A DNA stretch of 63,179 bases, counting the filler. It is 4 parts of 4 records of this genome, joined end to end, with 100 filler letters (N's around TTAATTAATTAA, not from the genome) between each part and the next. Parts side by side here need not be neighbours in the genome. Positions count along the whole stretch, not along the records: positions 59,966 to 63,179 come from SRR20825010_5565; 3 more parts are not named here. One strand, 5' to 3'. The translations under genes and the position numbers were made by a program. Each line of letters begins with the position of its first letter. Within the stretch, counting starts at the first letter, position 1. Shown here in pieces: positions 60,156-63,179 of this stretch. The notes under the pieces are model-generated. The model made no database searches, was not told the DNA's origin, and saw only the letters and a list, made by a program, of their open reading frames with translations.

Positions 60156-60324
60156 TCACACTGATGCATTCCGGGCCTGCGTTCCGCCGCGCTTCTTCAA
60201 AGAAAGGCGTGGCAAATCCATGGCGTGGCCCGCTTCATAAGCCTCATTGGAATAAGCATACTGGCAAGGAAATTCAACCGATTCTTATGCGTACAGGAAT
60301 TTCAATCGTTTAGACATTTGTGGA

Positions 60325-60340
60325 CTTACGTAAAAGTAAG
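60325..60340. promoter_or_regulatory. LiuR-like (MerR family) palindrome upstream of mdh
   Basis: CTTACGTAAAAGTAAG compared with consensus TTTACGTwwACGTAAA. Confidence 0.5.
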
Positions 60341-60418
60341 AATTTTGCCTCAAAAATGTGCATCGTCAATGATTGCTCGACGCTCGTCGGGGATTCTGTG
60401 TGCCAAGGGAAGTGGAGA

Positions 60419-61624
60419 TCAGCCCGCTTGTTCCGCCTGCTCTCCGGCATGAACAGATTTCTCATCCTTTCGCGGACCGGTTTGCTCCAGCCAGTCCTGG
60501 CTCTGCATCTCTATGAGCCGGGAAACAGTGCGATCGAACTCGAAAGCTTCTGTGCCGTTTGAAGCCGTGTAGAGTGCATCGGGCTGAGCAGCGGCGGATA
60601 TGAACACCCGTGCCCCGGCATCGTATAGTGTGTCGATGAGAAGAATGAACCGTTTCGCTTCGTTGCGTCGCCTCATATCCATTGCCGGGACATGATCGAT
60701 GAAGATCGTGTCGAACGTGCCGGCGATGGCCAGATAATCGCGAGCGCCGAGCGGTTTCTCGCAGAGATCCGCAAATGAAAAGCGTGCAGCTGAACCGGAC
60801 GCCTGTGGCACGGGCACGGTCCTGCCCTTCACCTTCAGCTGCGAGGGCTCGACTGGCTGTCCGGCGGTCACTGTCTCCCAGGCCTCGTCCATCTGCTTTG
60901 TGGCAGCTGCATCGTCGGGTGAGATATAGACAGGAATGCGGTTGAGCTTCTGCATCCGGTAATCGGTGTCGATATCCAGCTCGAGAATGCGGGTGTTTTC
61001 CTTGAGAATGCCGATGAACGGCAGAAAAAGGCCGCGATTGAGCCCGTCGCGGTAGAGGTCGTCCGGTGCGACGTTGGATGTGGCCACCAGAACCACGCCC
61101 TTGTCGAACAAGGCCGAGAAAAGGCGGGAGAGAATCATCGCATCGGCAATGTCGGTTACAGTGAACTCGTCGAAACACAGAACCCATGCTTCTTTCGCCA
61201 ACGCCGCGGCCACGGGCGGGATCGGGTCCGTTTCCTGTGTCTCTCCGGCTTTCAGCGCCGCACGGTGTTGTCCGATGCGATCATGAACGTCTGCCATGAA
61301 ATCGTTGAAATGGGCGCGCCGCTTGTGCTCTACGGGCACCAAATCATGAAACATGTCCATGAGCATGGTCTTGCCGCGTCCCACCCCGCCATACACGTAG
61401 AGCCCACGCACCGGCTCGCGAGATGTCTTTCGCCGGGCGAACAACCAGCCGAGCGCGCTCGATTTGCGGGCCAGACGCTTGTCACTGATCTCGCCGATCA
61501 GCCGGTCTAGCGCTGCCGCGATTTTTTCCTGCGCGGGATCGCGGGCGATCCTGCCTGTCTCGACCATATGGTCATAGCGCTGCGTGACGGAAGGATGGGT
61601 TACGAGTCCGTCACGCAATGTCAT
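60419..61624 (-). CDS. zapE: Cell division ATPase ZapE (AFG1 family)
   Basis: GLYVYGGVGRGKTMLMD, LCFDEF, ATSN..PDDLY, RFILLIDTLYD, RTVSRLIEMQ. Confidence 0.95.
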   Translation of the reverse strand: MTLRDGLVTHPSVTQRYDHMVETGRIARDPAQEKIAAALDRLIGEISDKRLARKSSALGWLFARRKTSREPVRGLYVYGGVGRGKTMLMDMFHDLVPVEHKRRAHFNDFMADVHDRIGQHRAALKAGETQETDPIPPVAAALAKEAWVLCFDEFTVTDIADAMILSRLFSALFDKGVVLVATSNVAPDDLYRDGLNRGLFLPFIGILKENTRILELDIDTDYRMQKLNRIPVYISPDDAAATKQMDEAWETVTAGQPVEPSQLKVKGRTVPVPQASGSAARFSFADLCEKPLGARDYLAIAGTFDTIFIDHVPAMDMRRRNEAKRFILLIDTLYDAGARVFISAAAQPDALYTASNGTEAFEFDRTVSRLIEMQSQDWLEQTGPRKDEKSVHAGEQAEQAG

Positions 61625-61675
61625 GTCAGGCTTTCACACTTGGCCGTCTGGCCGAAGGATGTTGAAGGTGGTCGC

Positions 61676-62209
61676 TCAGCGCGACAGTGAGATGGGCTGG
61701 CCGGACGTGGTCTGGCCATCGAAACGGCCCGCTCCGGATGAGTAGAGACGTGCGAGCACGCCGCCATTCGCATCGTAAAAAGCGAGCTGCTTGCCTTCGA
61801 CATTCCATGATTTGACGCCGTCGATGGGAGCCGGGCAGCGCAGCGGCCCGGCACGATAGCCAGAGCCGAACTTGGTCTGCGGTGTGGCGACCCGGCACGA
61901 CTGGCCTGCCACATTCACACTCCACACGCCGGCAACACTGCCGGTGGAAACATCCGGTGCGTTGGCCGCCGCATTCGGGTCGAGCGCTGCCACCTGGGTT
62001 TCCTGCTGAGGTGCCTCAGGGAACTGCGAAGGATTGGTGGCCGGGCTTGAAGGAGGTGGAAGCTGGTTAGAGGTTACCGTGCCAGACGGCGCGGAAGGCA
62101 GTGGTTCCGGAGCCCTTGCGCTCATCGGCGAGAAGCGGTCGCTCTGGCAGCCGGCCAGACCGACGGCCAAAAGCGATACGGCCAGAATTGCGAACTTACT
62201 ATGTGGCAT
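61676..62209 (-). CDS. omp19: Inh/AprI family protease-inhibitor lipoprotein (Omp19-like)
   Basis: 177 aa from ATG 62209; LAGCQS lipobox, Pro-rich linker, AGVWSVNVAGQSCRVATPQTKFGSGYRAGPLRCP. Confidence 0.85.
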   Translation of the reverse strand: MPHSKFAILAVSLLAVGLAGCQSDRFSPMSARAPEPLPSAPSGTVTSNQLPPPSSPATNPSQFPEAPQQETQVAALDPNAAANAPDVSTGSVAGVWSVNVAGQSCRVATPQTKFGSGYRAGPLRCPAPIDGVKSWNVEGKQLAFYDANGGVLARLYSSGAGRFDGQTTSGQPISLSR

Positions 62210-62392
62210 GCCGTCTCTCCGTTGCAGCGTCCAATGCACTGAAATACAAATGAGTTCCGTTTGAAACGCCAGATCGTGGCGAACTTTTGCAATTATAACA
62301 GCCCAACCAGGGTTAAGAACCTGTTTCCGCCACTTGGCTTCGTGACTGTTTCTTATTGGCAACACCTTGTCGGGGGCAGCAGGGGCCCTTTG

Positions 62393-62417
62393 GGAACCGG
62401 GAACCACCTTCGACGTT
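62393..62417 (+). promoter_or_regulatory. EcfG (RpoE2/SigT) general-stress promoter
   Basis: GGAAC-N16-CGTT upstream of the DUF1328 gene. Confidence 0.75.
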
Positions 62418-62459
62418 GAAGCTTCTCAACCGGCGTTAGCGCCAAAAGGAGGGCAAACA

Positions 62460-62621
62460 ATGCTTAAATGGATTCTCATTCTGCTGATCGTCGCGGCTGT
62501 CGCGGGTCTGCTTGGTATGAACAGTCTGGCAGGGGCGGCGATGACCGGCGCCAAACTGCTGATCGCCGTGGTGCTGGTTCTCTTCCTCCTCGCGGTTCTG
62601 GGTATCGTGGCAATAGCCTGA
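62460..62621 (+). CDS. DUF1328 (UPF0391) small membrane protein
   Basis: MLKWILILLIVAAVAGLLGMNSLAGAAMTGAKLL; AGGAGG RBS before ATG 62460. Confidence 0.85.
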   Translation: MLKWILILLIVAAVAGLLGMNSLAGAAMTGAKLLIAVVLVLFLLAVLGIVAIA

Positions 62622-62711
62622 CATCGCACATTATTGATGAGGCCGTTCGTCTGGTAATTTTGCCTCTCATCAGCCATATAGGCGCCTGAGACACAGGGTT
62701 TTGGAGCCATC

Positions 62712-63179
62712 ATGGCGCTCGAGGCAGCATTCGCGAAGATGAACGGCCTCGGCAACGCGATCATCGTTGCCGATATGCGCGGTCGCGCGGACCGGGTTAC
62801 GCCCGAGGCCGCGCTTGCGCTCAATGCCGACCCGGCAACGCGTTTCGATCAGATCATGGCGATCCACGATCCGCGCCTTGCCGGCACCCATAACTATATC
62901 GAAATCATCAATTCCGATGGCAGCCAGGCGCAGGCCTGCGGCAACGGCACACGCTGTGTCGTGCAGGCGCTTGCCGCCGAAACGGGCGAGAAGGTTTTCA
63001 CCTTCCAGACCATTGCCGGCATTCTGAACGCCGAGGAGCATGAGGACGGGCTGATCTCCGTCGATATGGGTAAGCCACGGTTCGGCTGGCAGGACATTCC
63101 GCTTGCCGAAGAGTTTCGCGATACGCGTATGATCGAGTTGCAGGCCGGCCCCATCGATGCGCCGGTGCTGCATTCGCCT
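62712..63179 (+). CDS. dapF: Diaminopimelate epimerase (partial, runs off the window)
   Basis: [32 protein letters not shown]; missing from the ORF track because no stop is reached. Confidence 0.95.
   Translation, partial: MALEAAFAKMNGLGNAIIVADMRGRADRVTPEAALALNADPATRFDQIMAIHDPRLAGTHNYIEIINSDGSQAQACGNGTRCVVQALAAETGEKVFTFQTIAGILNAEEHEDGLISVDMGKPRFGWQDIPLAEEFRDTRMIELQAGPIDAPVLHSP

Noticed and set aside
62670-63173. 167-aa minus-strand ORF
   Set aside because: Antisense shadow of dapF

Overview
The window is not one locus. It is four unrelated contigs joined by identical 100-nt artificial linkers (44 N + TTAATTAATTAA + 44 N) at 27830-27929, 45187-45286 and 59866-59965. Taxonomy below is inferred from gene content and composition. 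Contig 1 (1-27829, Bacteroidota, Cytophagales-like) carries: a cluster of unknown secreted/membrane proteins; two paralogous outer-membrane beta-barrels; a DUF2975/XRE operon running into a small-protein + nucleotidyltransferase pair and hemB; a desaturase; a decayed groES-like pseudogene; an MscS lacking its TM helices; pepP; and a LuxR-hmuR-hmuY haem-uptake locus with Fur-like boxes. Contig 2 (27930-45186, Flavobacteriaceae-like) is bounded by two half tRNAs. It holds a sulfatase, a phosphodiesterase and an uncharacterised catabolic cluster (Gfo, SDR, SIS, FAD oxidoreductase, PTE, HutC-type GntR, PVC-type CxxCH cytochrome protein, Tat-exported isomerase and Gfo) linked by three copies of a palindromic operator. 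Contig 3 (45287-59865, Bacteroidota) has a citrate-lyase module with a CitD-CitE fusion whose carrier serine looks replaced, a DASS transporter, a divergent 508-aa unknown protein, two pseudogene scraps, two OmpA proteins and hut genes. Contig 4 (59966-63179, GC-rich Rhizobiales-like) has mdh (partial), zapE, omp19-like, DUF1328 and dapF (partial). The best candidates for novel biology are the atypical citrate lyase with its possible regulator, the GntR-regulated pathway including the CxxCH protein, and the MenAT-like pair. No CRISPR array, rRNA, integrase or transposase was seen.
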